DNA of 64,000 nucleotides, from NCBI RefSeq assembly GCF_009914755.1, contig NC_060935.1. One strand, given 5' to 3'. How positions within the stretch are numbered: the stretch's first letter is position 1; each line of letters opens with the position of its first letter. The position numbers were made by a program, and so were the translations under genes. The notes below the pieces were generated by a model. It was not told where the DNA came from and did not search any database. It worked only from the letters and a program-made list of their open reading frames with translations. This stretch comes from the human T2T-CHM13v2.0 reference genome, Homo sapiens. Shown piece by piece: positions 31,052-48,904 of this stretch.

Positions 31052-31294
31052 GAATGTGAGGGTGATCTGGCTGTGATATCTGTCACCCCATTGATCACCA
31101 GGGTTGATTTCGCTGATCTGGCTGGCTAGGTGGTTGTCCCCTTCCTCCCTCACCACTCCATGTGTGTCCCTCCCAATGCTGTGTGCTCAGTCAAAGAGAA
31201 CGACCATCCTCGATAGAGGAGGACCAGTCTTCGGTCAAGGGTATATGAGTAGCTGTGCTTACCTGCTAGAACCTCCAGACAAGCTCTCAAGGTC
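31052..31294 (+). pseudogene. RN7SKP: 7SK snRNA retropseudogene (approx. nt 1-243, 3'-truncated, tailless)
   Basis: Colinear with 7SK (G[G/A]ATGTGAGGG[C/T]GATCTGGCTG...CAAGCTCTCAAGGTC) with CpG decay. Flanked by direct repeat TCTTGAGAGAATGG at 31037-31050 and 31293-31306. Confidence 0.93.
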
Positions 31295-32754
31295 TTGAGA
31301 GAATGGGGCAGATCTTGTCCAGTATAATTGCAGAAAGGTGACAAATATGGTGGTAGCACTGTAAATTAAGAGCAAGAGCCTCAACTTGGAGTATTTGAGC
31401 AGAAAGGAAATACTGTGAGTGGAGTAGAAGGTTTGTTTTAAAGCATAGTGGAGAATTAGGATTTAAAGAGAGATGGGGCTACATTTTAGATGTCATTGAA
31501 TGTTTTTGCACAGAATATATGGCTAATATATGTTTATTGACTGACAGTCTGTCTTAGAATTAGTTCAGAATTGACCCTGTAAAGAGGGTAAGTCATTTAA
31601 AGTTTTTAGGTAGATATATGGCAGAGATACGGTTTTAAAATTATTCTGATGATGTAGGTTTAATGACTAAAGGTGAGAGGCTGGAGATTGGGGGACTTGT
31701 TAGTGGGGTGCTATGAAGTCTGGGTAAGTTGGTGAGTGTGGGTCAGTAGTGGTAGCTATGGAAATTAAAACAGATATGTACCCTCCCCTTGTAGAGCTTA
31801 AAATCTTGTGAGTGATACAGATGAGCAAACTGGCAATTCAAATACAGTGAGATACAGAAGGCAGAATGCAGAGGAAGGGAACCTATTTAGCTTGGGGTGA
31901 GGACATGAGGAGTTAGCTCAGAGAATGCTTCCTAGAGGAGGAGACATTTGTCACTAACTTGAAAAGGATGTATGAAATTCCCCTGTGAGAATACTATGAT
32001 GAAAGATTCAGAAAGTAAAACCTTTAGAGGAACATGAAAAGTGTTGAGAGAGAGAGGAGTTGGGGAGTAAGGAGAGTTACCTGTACTCCATTACTTGTGT
32101 GGTAATGGGAAATCACTTCTCTTTGCTGGGCTTCAGTTTCCTCATTTGTAAAATGTAGGGTGGCAGACATGCTCTTTGAGGTTTAGCCTTCTAACTGAAC
32201 CTTGTAGCTTGATGTGTTTACCATGGTTATATCCTGAGGAGTAGTTGTTCTGCAGCAACTCTTTGACAGGACCTGAGAGGGGAGAATGGGACCTTGTACT
32301 GGGAGGTGAGGGGAGGAGCCCTTGTTTCCCCAGCCTCACACTCTCTGCTTGGTTAGCCTGAAGGTGACAGAGAGGCTCACGCAGTAGAGACAGGAGTTGG
32401 CATTGGCTGGGGCTGAATTAGATCCAGAAGGTGGACAAACTGTATGAAAAAGAGATATAAGAAGAGACCATAGTTTTGTTAAGGCAATGGTGATACCAAA
32501 GTCAGAATCAGGGTGGCAAACCTATTTTGGGGAGAAAAGTGATGAGATCTCATTTGGATCTTTTGGACGTGAGGCAGATTTAGAATAGAAATCTCTAGTA
32601 TTGTTTAGTGATATAAACCAGAGCTTACTGGAGAGGTTAAGACCAGAAAGAGATCTATGAATCATTTGAATAGAGATGACTTAAGGTTGTCAGAATAAAA
32701 TCACTTTCTTTTTTCTTTTTATAAATGTTTAGATTTATAAAATATAAAATTTGA

Positions 32755-33036
<282 letters not shown>

Positions 33037-33674
33037 TGAAGTGATCACCTGCCTTGGCCTCCTAAAGTGCTGGGATTATAGGTGTGAGACACTGTGCCTG
33101 GTCAAAAGCACTTTCTAAGAAGAAATTAAAGTAGAACTGAGGGTTGAAAATTGATCTTTGGGAAATGACCAGATTGGGAGAATGAGGGATGATGGATGTG
33201 ACTGCATAAATTTACCTTTGAAGAACTTAGAAACTATTCTGTCTGGGCTGGGTACGCTGGCGCATGCCTGTAATTCCAGCACTTGTGAGGCTGAGGCAGG
33301 TGGATGGCTTGAGCTCAGGAGTTTGAGACCAGCCTGGACAACATGGTGAAACCTGTTTCTACAAAAAATAGAAAAATTAGCTGGGTGTGATGGCAGGTGC
33401 CTGTAGTCCCAGCTGCTGGGGGTGAGGGGTGGGGGATGGTGGCTGAGGTGGGAGAATTGCTTGAGCCCAGGAGGTCGAGCCTGTGGTGAGCCCAGATCGA
33501 GCTACTGCACTCCAGCCTGAGTAACAGAGCAAGACCCTGTCTCAAAAAAAAAGAAGAAAAAGAAAAGAAAAGAAAAGAAAATGGTATGTCAGGGACCAAA
33601 AACGTCTAAGAGGAGGGGGTGATTCAGACTGCCAACTGCCAGACCTTTGGGAGAGTGACTTGGCCAGAAGGTAT

Positions 33675-34000
33675 CTGTCCCAGCATGGGTTCTCCAGGAA
33701 GCCAATGTTAAGACACTGTTAGGAATACAAAAGTGTTACCTGTGGGGTGGGAGAGAGGAAATGAAATTGGGAAAAGGAACTGTCAAACCATCATATGGAT
33801 TTGGCAAAACCAGGAGCTCTGAAGCAAAGATTGCCCCTTATGAGACTCCCACATTGAGGAAAAGTGATCCTACCACCCCGCTCTGTCACTGGGACCCTGA
33901 AAGTAGCTGGAGGCTATCAGCTTAACACAGTCCTTGTAGCTGGGTAGCAGTTACCTACTTGAGGGGGCATCTGAGTGGTGCATCTCTGTGTCTACCTCAG
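33675..34000 (-). mobile_element. LTR16-like ERVL LTR
   Basis: ggagctctgaagcaaagattgccc and ggggcatctgagtggtgcatct..gtgtctac motifs, by recall. Confidence 0.6.
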
Positions 34001-35017
34001 AATCCATTTAGAAAAGCAATTTCAAGAGATTGATAGGGATAGAAGTCATATTTTAGGGACCATGCGGGGTCAGGTTGGTGAGAAGGTGGGGCAGCCGAGG
34101 GAAACCTCACATTTGTGATTTTTTTTCATTCTTTTATTTTTAATTTTATTTTATATATTTTTGATTTCTGTATATTTTAATGACTTCAGATTTGTGATCT
34201 TTCTTAAATTAAAAAATTTTTCTTTTTGAGACAGGGTCTTACACTGTCACCCAGGCTGGAGTGCAGTGGTGCTGTTATGGCTCACTGCAACCTTGAACTC
34301 CTAGGCTCAAGTGGTCCTCCCACCTCAGCCTGCTGAGCAGTTGGGATTGCAGGTGTGCGCCACCATGCCTTGCTAATTTTTATATTTTTCATAGAGACAG
34401 GGTCTTGTTATGTTGCCCGGGCTGGTCCCAAACTCCTGACCTCAAGTGATCCTCCTGCCTCAGCCTCCCAGTGTTGAGATTATGGGCATGAGCCACTGCG
34501 TCCAGCCAGATTTGTGGTCTTTGTCACCACTTTGAATGCACACTGTGACTTCACATTTTCTCTTGGAGATGAGTGTACTAAATTAAACTTCTAAGGAGGT
34601 GATAGTCAAGGAGCTCAGAGCCCCCTCTTCTGTTATAGAGCCTTCTCTCACACCTGCTTGTTAATTCTTATTGTGTCCTTTTCTCAGAAGTCTGTACTTG
34701 AATTTTAAGAAACTGGACTTCTCTACTAGATCTCAGGCCAGACGAGTTGTGCTTGGCTAGTTCTGGTGGTGTTAAGAACTAATGGAGGCATTGTTTTTCA
34801 CTCTGAAAGTGATCTGAACTAGAGATTCCAATTAAAAATTCTTCTAGAAACATGGTAGTATAGTAAAATAAATGCAAAGACCCAGATCTAGATGAAGATG
34901 GTAAAGTAGCAAAATGAAATTTAAAAAAAGAAAAAAATTCTTGGAAATTCTTAAATGGGACTAATTTAGCAAACATTTGTTGAACAGCTCTCTCATTAGG
35001 TACTTCATTAGGTTTTG

Positions 35018-35064
35018 GTATTCACAGATGGCTAAAATACGTATTGCACAGATGGCTAAAATAC
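35018..35064. repeat. 23/24-bp tandem duplication
   Basis: GTATT(G)CACAGATGGCTAAAATAC x2. Confidence 0.88.
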
Positions 35065-35467
35065 AGACTCTCTCTTTAAGGAACTTACAGAGTAGTGAGA
35101 AAGATAAAGAAGCTTGCTGGAGTTAAATCTCCTCACAAATCATTTACCTTCTTAAAAGACATTTGTGCAATATTTCACTGGGGGGCTGGACTCTCAGGAG
35201 GCTGTCCCAAATTGGGGGACTTTGTTGTCCATTAGGGTGACTTTCTTTTTTTTTTTTTTTGAGATGGAGTCTCGCTCTGTGCCGAGGCTGGAGTGCAGTA
35301 GCACCATCTCGGCCTGCCACAACCTCCATAGGGTGGCTTTTTAAAGAGGTATGGGAAAGCATGCTTTGTGGGTGGCTCAGAGGAGTTAATTTTATCAACT
35401 TTATAGTTCTACAATGATCTTTTCATTTTCTAATTTTACTGGTGCTTTCTAGCAGGAGCCTTGTTTC

Positions 35468-36137
<670 letters not shown>

Positions 36138-36467
36138 AGCCCTCCACCCTACTTAATTTTTTAATTTTCTATTTAAAATATATAAAATATTAAAAGATAA
36201 AAGCTTCATTTTCTGATTGAAAGGTAATACATAGAATACTCAAACAATGTATTAAAGTACAGAGTCCAAAGTAAAACATTCAAATTCTACCACCAAAGGC
36301 AGGTTGTAATTAACTTTTCAGTGAATATCTTTCTTATATATCTCTCTTTCTCCCTTCCCCCATCATGTACACACATGCATATACACATATGTAAATACAC
36401 AGACATATATGTCCTTTTGTATAAATAGGGTCATATTCTGTATCCTTTCGTATCCTCTTTTATTTTC

Positions 36468-36498
<31 letters not shown>

Positions 36499-37211
36499 TT
36501 TTTGTGAGACAGGTTCTCGCTCAGTTGCCAGAGCTGGAGTACAGCGGCACCATCACGACTCACTGCAGCCTCAACCTCCTGGGCTCATTTGATTCTCCTA
36601 CCTTAGCCTCCCTAGTAGCTGGGACCACAGGCTCACAGCTAATTTTTGTATTTTTTGTAGAGATAGGGTCTTACTTTGTTGCCCAGGCTGGTCTTGAACT
36701 CCTGGGCTCAAGTGATCCTCCTCCCTTGGCCTCCCTCAGTGCTGGGATTACAGGTGAGAGCCACTGTGCCTGGCCTGTAGTCTCTTCTTAAGCATTGTGT
36801 TAGGGTCATCTTTCTGTATAAATGCATATAGATACAGACACCATCCTTTATAATGACTGTGAACTCTTTCATTGTGTTGATGCATCATGCTTTATTTAAC
36901 CATTTCCTATTCACAGGTATTTGAGATGTTTTAAATGTTTTTAACCCAGGATACTGCTATACATTGTACAATGCGTAGGTTACCTGCCCTGTCCCCCAAA
37001 CAAATAATTATTCAGCCAAAAATGTCAGTAGTACTGAAGTTGAGAAAAACCTGCTCTGTACCTTCTGCAGTGTTGGATATTGGTAGTCTTTACTCCCTTA
37101 TATCTCCTCAAACACCAGGTATTACTTAGGCAAAAAGTAGTAGCTCTTTTAATGTGCATTCTTTTGATTACTAGCAAGATTAAGCATCTTTTCCTATATT
37201 TTATTTGCCTA

Positions 37212-37511
37212 TTTTTGAAGTAAAAGGTGAGGTTTAATCTTTAGTTACATGATACTGCAAGCTACGCAATTCCGTGTAGAAATAAGGAACCCATTCAGAG
37301 GACAAGGTTCATACAGTATGTACAATTTGGAACTGCTCAAATATAGTTTCCTTGTAAAAAAGTATCACAATAACCATATTTAAAGGCATTCTTAGTAGAG
37401 AAACAGTAAGAAAAGTTATACCAAATATAATACACAACAAACAACATTATGCCTTAGCCATACAATCCAAAAGTTAAAGGTCCCAGGAGTTCCACCTGAA
37501 CTTGAAAGGTA
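37212..37511 (-). pseudogene. Possible retrocopied mRNA 3'-UTR fragment inside an old L1M
   Basis: On the minus strand, ATTAAA (37238-37233) is followed 16 nt later by an A5 remnant. L1M-like sequence lies on both sides. Parent gene not identified. Confidence 0.4.
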
Positions 37512-40425
37512 TCCTCTATTTATTAGTGATTAGTTTCTTTTGTGAATTTTCTATTCGTGTCCACAAGAATGATTTGAATATTGGAGCTATTTGCCTTTTT
37601 TGTTTTTTTATGGTTTCTTTCTTTTTAAAAGAAAATATAAGCATTTTTCTGTGGTCAAATTTACCAGTATTTTCTGTTTAGTTTCTGAAGAGGGGTAAGT
37701 TGGTAAGTTATCCAAAATAACTTTAAAAAGGTGGTTCAGTTAGAGTGTAATCCAGTGCCATCCATGCTGTATGACATCAGTGGCATATATTCTGTGGACA
37801 GCATTCCAACAGATGACTTTGAGTTACTTTTCCTTAATCTGTCTGTAAGTGTTCTGCTCTTACTGAATCTTCGCTTAGCCCTATGCTAGTCACTGAAGGA
37901 TGCAGAAGGAAAATATTTATTTCCTCCCTTCAATAAGGGAGGATATTTGATAAGTTAGATATTTGAGATACCATTAGTATCTGAAACAGAACATAGTTAA
38001 ATGCTGAATAGGAGTTCATGGGGCAGGGTGGTAATCCATAAAGATTTCCTAGAGTTTATGAATGACCCAATCTTGAAGGATGTGACTAGGCAGAAGAGAA
38101 ATGTTTCCAGCACAGGGCATCACTGTGGGACAGAGAGCTAAGAGATTTGAGTTCTAGTCCCTACTTTGTTGCTAATTATTGTGTGACTTAGGCCAAGTCT
38201 CAGGCCACAGTCTTTTTATCTGTGAAGTGAGGAGATAGAAATAGTATATTTTCTAAGATTATTGTTAATATTAAAGTATCACGGCTTTAGTGTTAAGAGA
38301 ATTTTTAGAAAGAATTCACTTAGCAGTTATTGAAAGTCTTCTGGATTCTGGGCAGCATGCCAGGTGCCATGGGCATGCAATGTTGTATAAGATATGGGCC
38401 TTTCAGAAATGTACAGTCTTACAGGAGAGAGAAATCATGTGTGGTAGTTAGCACAAGAGGTACTGCTTGGGAAACAGAGTGAAGAAAGATCATCTTGGTT
38501 TGGGTGGTGAAGGCTTCAGAAAGAGATGCCATTTTTGTTAGGCAGGAAAGGAGGTAGGGGTAAATTGAGCAAGGGCCCAGGGGAGAAAGGGATGTGGTAC
38601 AAGTTGCCTGGGATGCAGTTAGTAAGCTTATTTGGCTGGATTTATATGGTTGGTGCAGAGGGTGGGAAGAAATAAGGAAGGTGAAGTGGGCTGGCCTGTG
38701 GAGTGACTTAAATATACAACTCACATATTTCCTTAGCTTTTACTTCTGTAGTCTTCTGATGATTTTTAGGCAGGGGGATAACGTGATGTTAGTGGTACTT
38801 GAAGATTTGGTGTAAGTGTCTAGGATGGTAACTGATTGTACTTAGGGATTGAGAGCAATGTGAACAATGACTTTGAGATTTTTGAGGCTGGTTAGATTAA
38901 AGGTAAGAGGAAACAAGCAAGACTTAAGCAGTGACAAGCAGGATGAAAAGATGTTTGGAAGGGGAAAATGAGTCCATGCGGGAATGGGCAGGACTTAGAG
39001 TAGACAATGCTTTTAAGGCAGGGCATAGCTGTGGTAGGAAATTGGTCATGCTGGTCCATTGTTAGGAAGAATTTTCTGGTAATTTGCCATTGGCTTGAAA
39101 TTTTATAAATCAGACAGGAATTTTAATGTTTTAAAAAAAGATTGCCCATTATGAGTTATAAGTCTATAATTGTGTCAGTTCAGATAAGTCTTTTGGAATA
39201 GAAATCTGCCCCCACTCCGCTTTTTTTTCAGTGTTGAATCTTGCCCATTACGCACATCCTGTAAAGGGAAACAGTGTGTTACTGGGTGGCACGTTTTAAA
39301 TAACTTTTTAGAATCTCTACGTCTTTGGAGAAAGGAGGGTGAACACTACTTACTCGTGTTAAAACACTGTTCACCATCCTTGATTTCATTTTCATGATGG
39401 CTGGAGTAAAATGCTCAAAAGGGGTAAATGGCAAGCAAACCACTGAACAGGAACAGACCACACGAGCAGGGCTCATGCAGTTAATTAGTCATCTTGTCAG
39501 CAGAGGCCCTGCAGAGGCAACTGCAGACAGCTATGAGGGAACTGGAGAGATGAGTTTCTGGCATGGATATGGATCTGTTATTGTGGTAACAATAGTTTAT
39601 TCTTCAGATCAGCAGAATGAGAGCAAAGCTGCTTAGCAATTATGTGGGTGCTGAAAGAATGGCCTTTGGAGGAACAGGCATTTGAAGCGGGATAAATTCA
39701 GCTTTTTCAAGAAACTTGCAAACACCCTGATTAGAGTGATTTGGGGCAGTCCTTTTACAAATCAAGAACTTGTAGTCCTCTTTCTGATTCTTTTGTCTTA
39801 ATCTGCTTTTCAGCTTCCTCATCTGGAGAAGGGGTTAGTGCCTCTTAGTGCAGATTCCCCCAGAGGGATAGGGTGCTGGGAGATGAGGGCTCCCAGAGAG
39901 AGAACGGTCCCAGACTTCTAGGTATGTGGACTTCCTTGCCACTGGCACTAACTTGGCTCTGCTGAATAGTGCCTGTCATCTCTGTTGGGCCCTGTGGAGC
40001 TGATGGGGTGGGGCTGGGGTAGCACCAGCACATCACTAAAATTTAGAAACAACTCACGGGCGTGTCCATCTTTGTATTGGCAGGGCTATCTGTTTTTCCA
40101 GAAACAGAGGGAAGGTAGCAAAGCATGGAAAGGACACCAGAGTGGGAGGCTTGGGTCTAATCCCAGTTTTGCTACACGTAAAACTCTGTGATTTGGGACA
40201 CATCTCCTAATCTCTGACTCAGCCTCTTCGTCTGTAAAATAGCAATAATATCTATTCTCCCTGTGGAGAGGCTAAAACAAATTAATAGATGGTATGAGTC
40301 TACTTGAAAAAGCATAAATTGCTGTATAAGTTTATGGAGGAGCTTTTACTTCTTTTTACTAGTTTATATTCCGGCCATCAAAAATTTTATTTCTTGTATA
40401 TTTTATTTTTATAAAAAGAAAACCT

Positions 40426-41344
<919 letters not shown>

Positions 41345-44268
41345 TGTTGTTATATTTTTTGAAGAAGACTTCCCTTTTATAGACCTTACTAACAGTGAAA
41401 AAGCTGTCACAAAGCTGGACTTCTTATCTAAATTATGAAATGAGTTTGGGTTGATAGTTAAGGGTTTTACAAACAAGTCCAACTCTCATTTGACAGTGAG
41501 GATGCAGAGACATTGGAGCGCAGGTCTCTTCCAGGTGCCTTGTATACTGTGCTGCCTTCCTCACAGTTTGCCTAAGTAAAGATGGTTAAGAAAATTATCA
41601 CTGAATTTAGCCATCCCTGTGTTTAACAAGAGTGCTGTTTAATTGTCGAAGGCTGAAATCTTGAGTTCAAATCTATATCTTCTGCAGTGGGATCACTTAA
41701 TCAAACTAAGCATCTATATGTACAAAGAGCATTGTTGACTTTAGACAACTGAAGACATAATGTTTCTTATTACTGGAGAGTGCTGGACCAGAGATTACAA
41801 AACCCGAGTTCTAGTCTCAGTTCTTCTCAGTAACTTTAGTCAAGAAAAACAAATTTAATATCTGTGAGTCTGTAGTCACCATTTATAAGATGAGGATGAC
41901 AATATGACATCCAAGGCCCCTGCCAGGGCTTTAGTTAGAGGATCTGTGAAACCCTAAGGTAGAGAACAGGGTGGGTATGGGAGAGATGGTGTTTTTTGTT
42001 TCCTGAAGGCTTTGGATTAATCAGCTACTTTTATCATGTTATTCCCCTATCTGGAAATTTTTGTATTTGCCTCTATTCCTATCCTAAAGCTATCCTTACC
42101 TATCCTGTAAGCCATAAGTTACATTTTACTTCCTCTGTGAAGTCACTGTAACACATACTATTTCTCCTTTTCTGAACTCATTTATTGCCCTTACAGCTCA
42201 CTCATCCATTAGTCATGGTACATTGCTGTGGAATATGTCTTCCTTTTACACCTCATTTCTAGTCAGCAGGTTAATGTAGAAGAAAAAGTATAGGCTATGA
42301 AGATAAATAGATTGATCTATGTGATCTTAGGCTGGCCACTTAAAATATATATATATATATATTTAATTTTAAAAATATGTACTACATTTTTGAGTAGGTT
42401 AATTTTTTTTAAAAAAACTTAATACAAAGAAGAGCTACAGTGAAGTCTTTTTCTAACCTTGGTCTCATCAAACTTGTCTTCCTTTCACAGTTACTAGTTT
42501 CTTATATATCCCTCCAGAATTTCTTTTCTTCCTCCCTTTTCTTTTTTATACAAAAGATGGCATACATATTCTTAGGTACCTTGTTTTTTTCACTTAATTT
42601 ATGTTGGAGATCTTTTCATATCCGTACATAGCAAGCTTTCTCATGGTTTTTATGTTTTATGGATATACCTTAATTTAACCAGTAGTTGGGAATTGTTAAC
42701 TTGGGTAAAGTTCCAAATGATTTTAAAATTTGAATGACATTTGAACCTGATCTGAGAAGTGTGCATTTCTTTAATACTTGTATTTCCATAGCATTTTACA
42801 GTTATTAAGCTCTTTATATTCTTGAAATTGATCTTTAGTATATAGGATTTACTAGGCTAATATAAATTAAATATCTTTTTAAAATTTTGCTGATTGTGGT
42901 GCAGGATTCTCCAATAAAAGCTCCACCGTACTCTTTTCATGTGCTTTACTGGCAAACACAGGGTTTGCTTGAGAAACACAGCCTGCTTTGTAGTCTTCAT
43001 TACTGCATTTATAACCATTTGTGAATTTACTTCCTTAACTTACTTCCTTAAAACCAGTAGAGCATGTAGAAAAGGATCTCCACATAAATGAAGCTTTGAG
43101 AAACAAAACAAATTTAGAAAGAAGATATGCAAATTATTTTATAGATTAAAAATTTTTAATCTTAAAAAAACTCCTAACTGAAATATGTGTATGCAGAAAA
43201 AGGGACTCGCTTAATGCAAATGAAAGTATTTATTGAGATGAATGTGGCTCCTTAAGGTTAAATGTTTAGGGCTGAGAAAAATAAGGAACGTTTTTACCTG
43301 GGGTTCAACTAGGAAGATTCTCTGTTGAAGAAAATACAGCCTTAGCTATGTAATTTGACCTGTTCAGAAAGCACAAATGAAATGGAAGGGATTTAAGTTC
43401 TATCTTGAAATTTTCATTTAATGTAAAACAAGATTAATACTAAGGTAGCCCACACTGCTAATTTAACTACTGTACCTGGACTTTGAAGTGTGAACTTAGG
43501 TTATTGCAAGACCAGTAGCCCTTTATATGTATTTATGCTATGGAATGCAGGTTTTCTGTAAAATATTTTTAACCATGTTGGCGACTCCTATTTTTGCTAT
43601 TTAATTTTTTCCTGAATCTAATCCAGGCCCTTGATTTCTTTCTCTTTTTATATTTATATTCTTTTATACTCATGCTGAAATTTAGCCTAGTCATAGAATT
43701 TTAGAAATGTTTAGATACTTAGAGATTCCTAATTAATATTTGGTATATTAATTTGGCCCTTTCTATTGAATAAATGAGAAAACTAAAGCCTGGAGAGGTT
43801 GTGACTTGCCCAGGTCAGCCTCCTTGTCCAGAACCCCTGGCTGCAGCCTCCCAATAATACCAGGTTCTTTCTCTGAACAGCTCTAATTGGCTGACTCTGC
43901 TCTACTTGGTGAAAAGTTTAATTTTGAACACATTCTCTTAGACTTCCCCCCCCACCCCACTTTTCTTTCTGATGTGGACAAATTAGTAAAAGACCACAGG
44001 AGTATTATATTCACAGATCTTGCATGGAGCCTGGCTCATAGTAGGCATGTAATAGAGACTAGTTCTAAGTGAACCAAACCTGGGAAGGAATGAGAAAGAA
44101 TAACAGGTTACAAGTAGGGGCTTGCAGCTGAGCAGTCCTCACCCTGTTTTTGCTAGTTTATTTTCCATCTTTCTCTACCCAGGAGAGGGAGCAGCATGTT
44201 GTACTCATGGTGAAGGTGTCATGTGCTGGTTAGTGGGAGTCTTTAAACGATTTTCTTTTCCCTTGCAG

Positions 44269-44409
44269 GTCCTTTCCCATAACCTGTGCACGGTGCTGAA
44301 GGTTCCTCATGACCCAGTTGCCCTTGAAGAGCACTTCAGGGATGATGATGAGGGTCCAGTGTCCAACCAGGGCTACATGCCTTATTTAAACAGGTTCATT
44401 TTGGAAAAG
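44269..44409 (+). CDS. SWAP70: SWAP70 coding exon 2 (aa 34-80)
   Basis: Acceptor ttttcttttcccttgcag|GTC and donor AAG|gtatga. 141 nt, phase 0/0. Translates [47 protein letters not shown], continuing exon 1 in frame. Confidence 0.97.
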
Positions 44410-44700
44410 GTATGATTCTAACCTTTTTTTGGGTGTAGCATTGTTTGGTTTGCATGTTTCAAGTGGGCCCAAAAGCCCCCTGTTGGTGAGTTCACTAAGG
44501 AGTTGAGGTACAAAGAATCACTAGATAAACCAGAAAGGAAGAAAGAATGAGAGACTGACAGTGCTTCCTATTCTTCCCTCTCCTCCACTGTCTTCTAAAC
44601 TTGGTTTGATGTTTTTCCAACTTGGTTCATTCTTTGAAATTAAGAACTGTGTTTTGTGTTAATCTGTACCTATTCTCTCTCAGGGTGCTTTAAAAAAATC

Positions 44701-45900
<1,200 letters not shown>

Positions 45901-47036
45901 ATCTGGTTTCATATATACTGGCAATAGTTGTTTTTTTTGAGGGGTCTCATCCTGTCACCCAGGCTGGAGTTCAGTGGCACGATCTCAGCTCACTGTAGCC
46001 TCTGACCTCCTCGGGCTCAGGTGACCCTCCTACCTCAGATTCCCATTATTGGGACTGCAGACGTACACCACCACACCTGGCTCACTTTTGTATTTTTTTG
46101 TAGAGACGGGGCTTTGCCATGTTGCCCAGGCTGGGGCAATGGTTGTTAAAGTGTGGAAGTGGTGGAGTAATGTGTGAATATTAAAAGTGATGATTATCTT
46201 TACTGTATAGATATTATACAGCCAACTCTTATCCCAGACTTTTCAGGGTACCACTTAGATATTTCCTCTGGGATATGTTCTGAGTAAAGATGCTTTAAAA
46301 AACCTGTGAGGTGCTTGGAAGTCAAATATCACCTATTAGTGTTTGGGGCCATGTTCGGTTTTTCCCTTGGGTTGGATCATTACAAATTGACACACTAAAA
46401 TTTTGAATTTGATGCAAGAAAAGATGGTACATTTAAATAATTTTTAAAATTGGTGATGAAAAAGTTACAAAAGGTAGTACATAAGCAGTTAATACAGAAA
46501 TATGTGAAATAAAAAGTGAACGTTGCTTTAATTTTTTGTAGTCTGATTTTCCTGGAGTAACCAGTGTTAATAATTTAGAGAATATCTTTGTAGACTTTCA
46601 AAAATTACCTGAAAACATACACACACATGCACCCACACACACATACACATGTACACACACCCTCAAATCAATATATGCTATTTTGTTTCAACATGAATAG
46701 GATCATATTATACATACAGCTCTGCAACTTTTTAAAAAAAGGTTTTTTTATGTGACCAGTAGGATATAAGCAACTTATTTTTTTAATTGAACAATATATT
46801 AGTGTCATCTTTCCATATCATGTACATTTAGTTTAGATATGAAAGTAATCATTTATATCAAAAGTTTGTGAATTCCTCCTTTTGCCTATTTATAACACCG
46901 AGCATGAAATTTCTTTGTATACTTCTAAGTTTTAAATTCTTACTATTTTTATCATTTTTTGCTTAGACCGTTCTCCATAACAAGTATATTTCAATAATGC
47001 CTTTCAAAAAATGATAATGATAATACTTTCGAATTA

Positions 47037-47189
<153 letters not shown>

Positions 47190-47532
47190 TTAAAAAAATT
47201 TTAAAAACTCAATTTTTGCATCAAACCTAAATACACAACTATATGCATGTTTTTCTATGGCTTCAGATTTTTATTATTATTTATATGTATAATTTTTAAA
47301 ATAGTTTAATGTCTTTTTACAATAGTAAAGTATAGTAATTAGCATTTATAATAATAATTTAATAGTTTGGAAAATGCCAAAATGTTAGTCAGGATTCTTT
47401 TTTTTTTTTGAGATTCTTTTTTTTTTCTTTTTTTTGCTCTTGTTTCCCCAGCAGGAGTGCAGTGCCGCAATCTCGGCTCACAGCAACCTCTGTCTCCCAG
47501 GCTCAAGCAATTCTCCTGGCTTAGCCTCCTGA

Positions 47533-48000
<468 letters not shown>

Positions 48001-48074
48001 TAAATAAAGTAGTCCTCTTGCCTCAGCCTCTTGAGTAGTAAGGACTACAGCTGCGTGCCACCACACCTGGCTAA

Positions 48075-48518
<444 letters not shown>

Positions 48519-48521
48519 TGA

Positions 48522-48740
<219 letters not shown>

Positions 48741-48904
48741 TAGTCTCCAACTCCTGACTTCAGGTGATCTGCCTGCCTCAGCATCCTAAAGTGTTGGGAT
48801 TATAGGTGTGAGCCATTGTGCCCAACCTCAATGCATGTTTTTAAAGAATTTCCTTTTCAGAGATGATAACATTACCCTGATCGTGCTTTTTTCTTTTCTT
48901 CATA

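Noticed and set aside
39050-40130. Repeat-poor intronic stretch as an enhancer
   Set aside because: Plausible but not supportable from sequence alone without conservation or chromatin data.
44122-44415. 97-aa ORF as a stand-alone gene
   Set aside because: It is SWAP70 exon 2 plus in-frame intron sequence.
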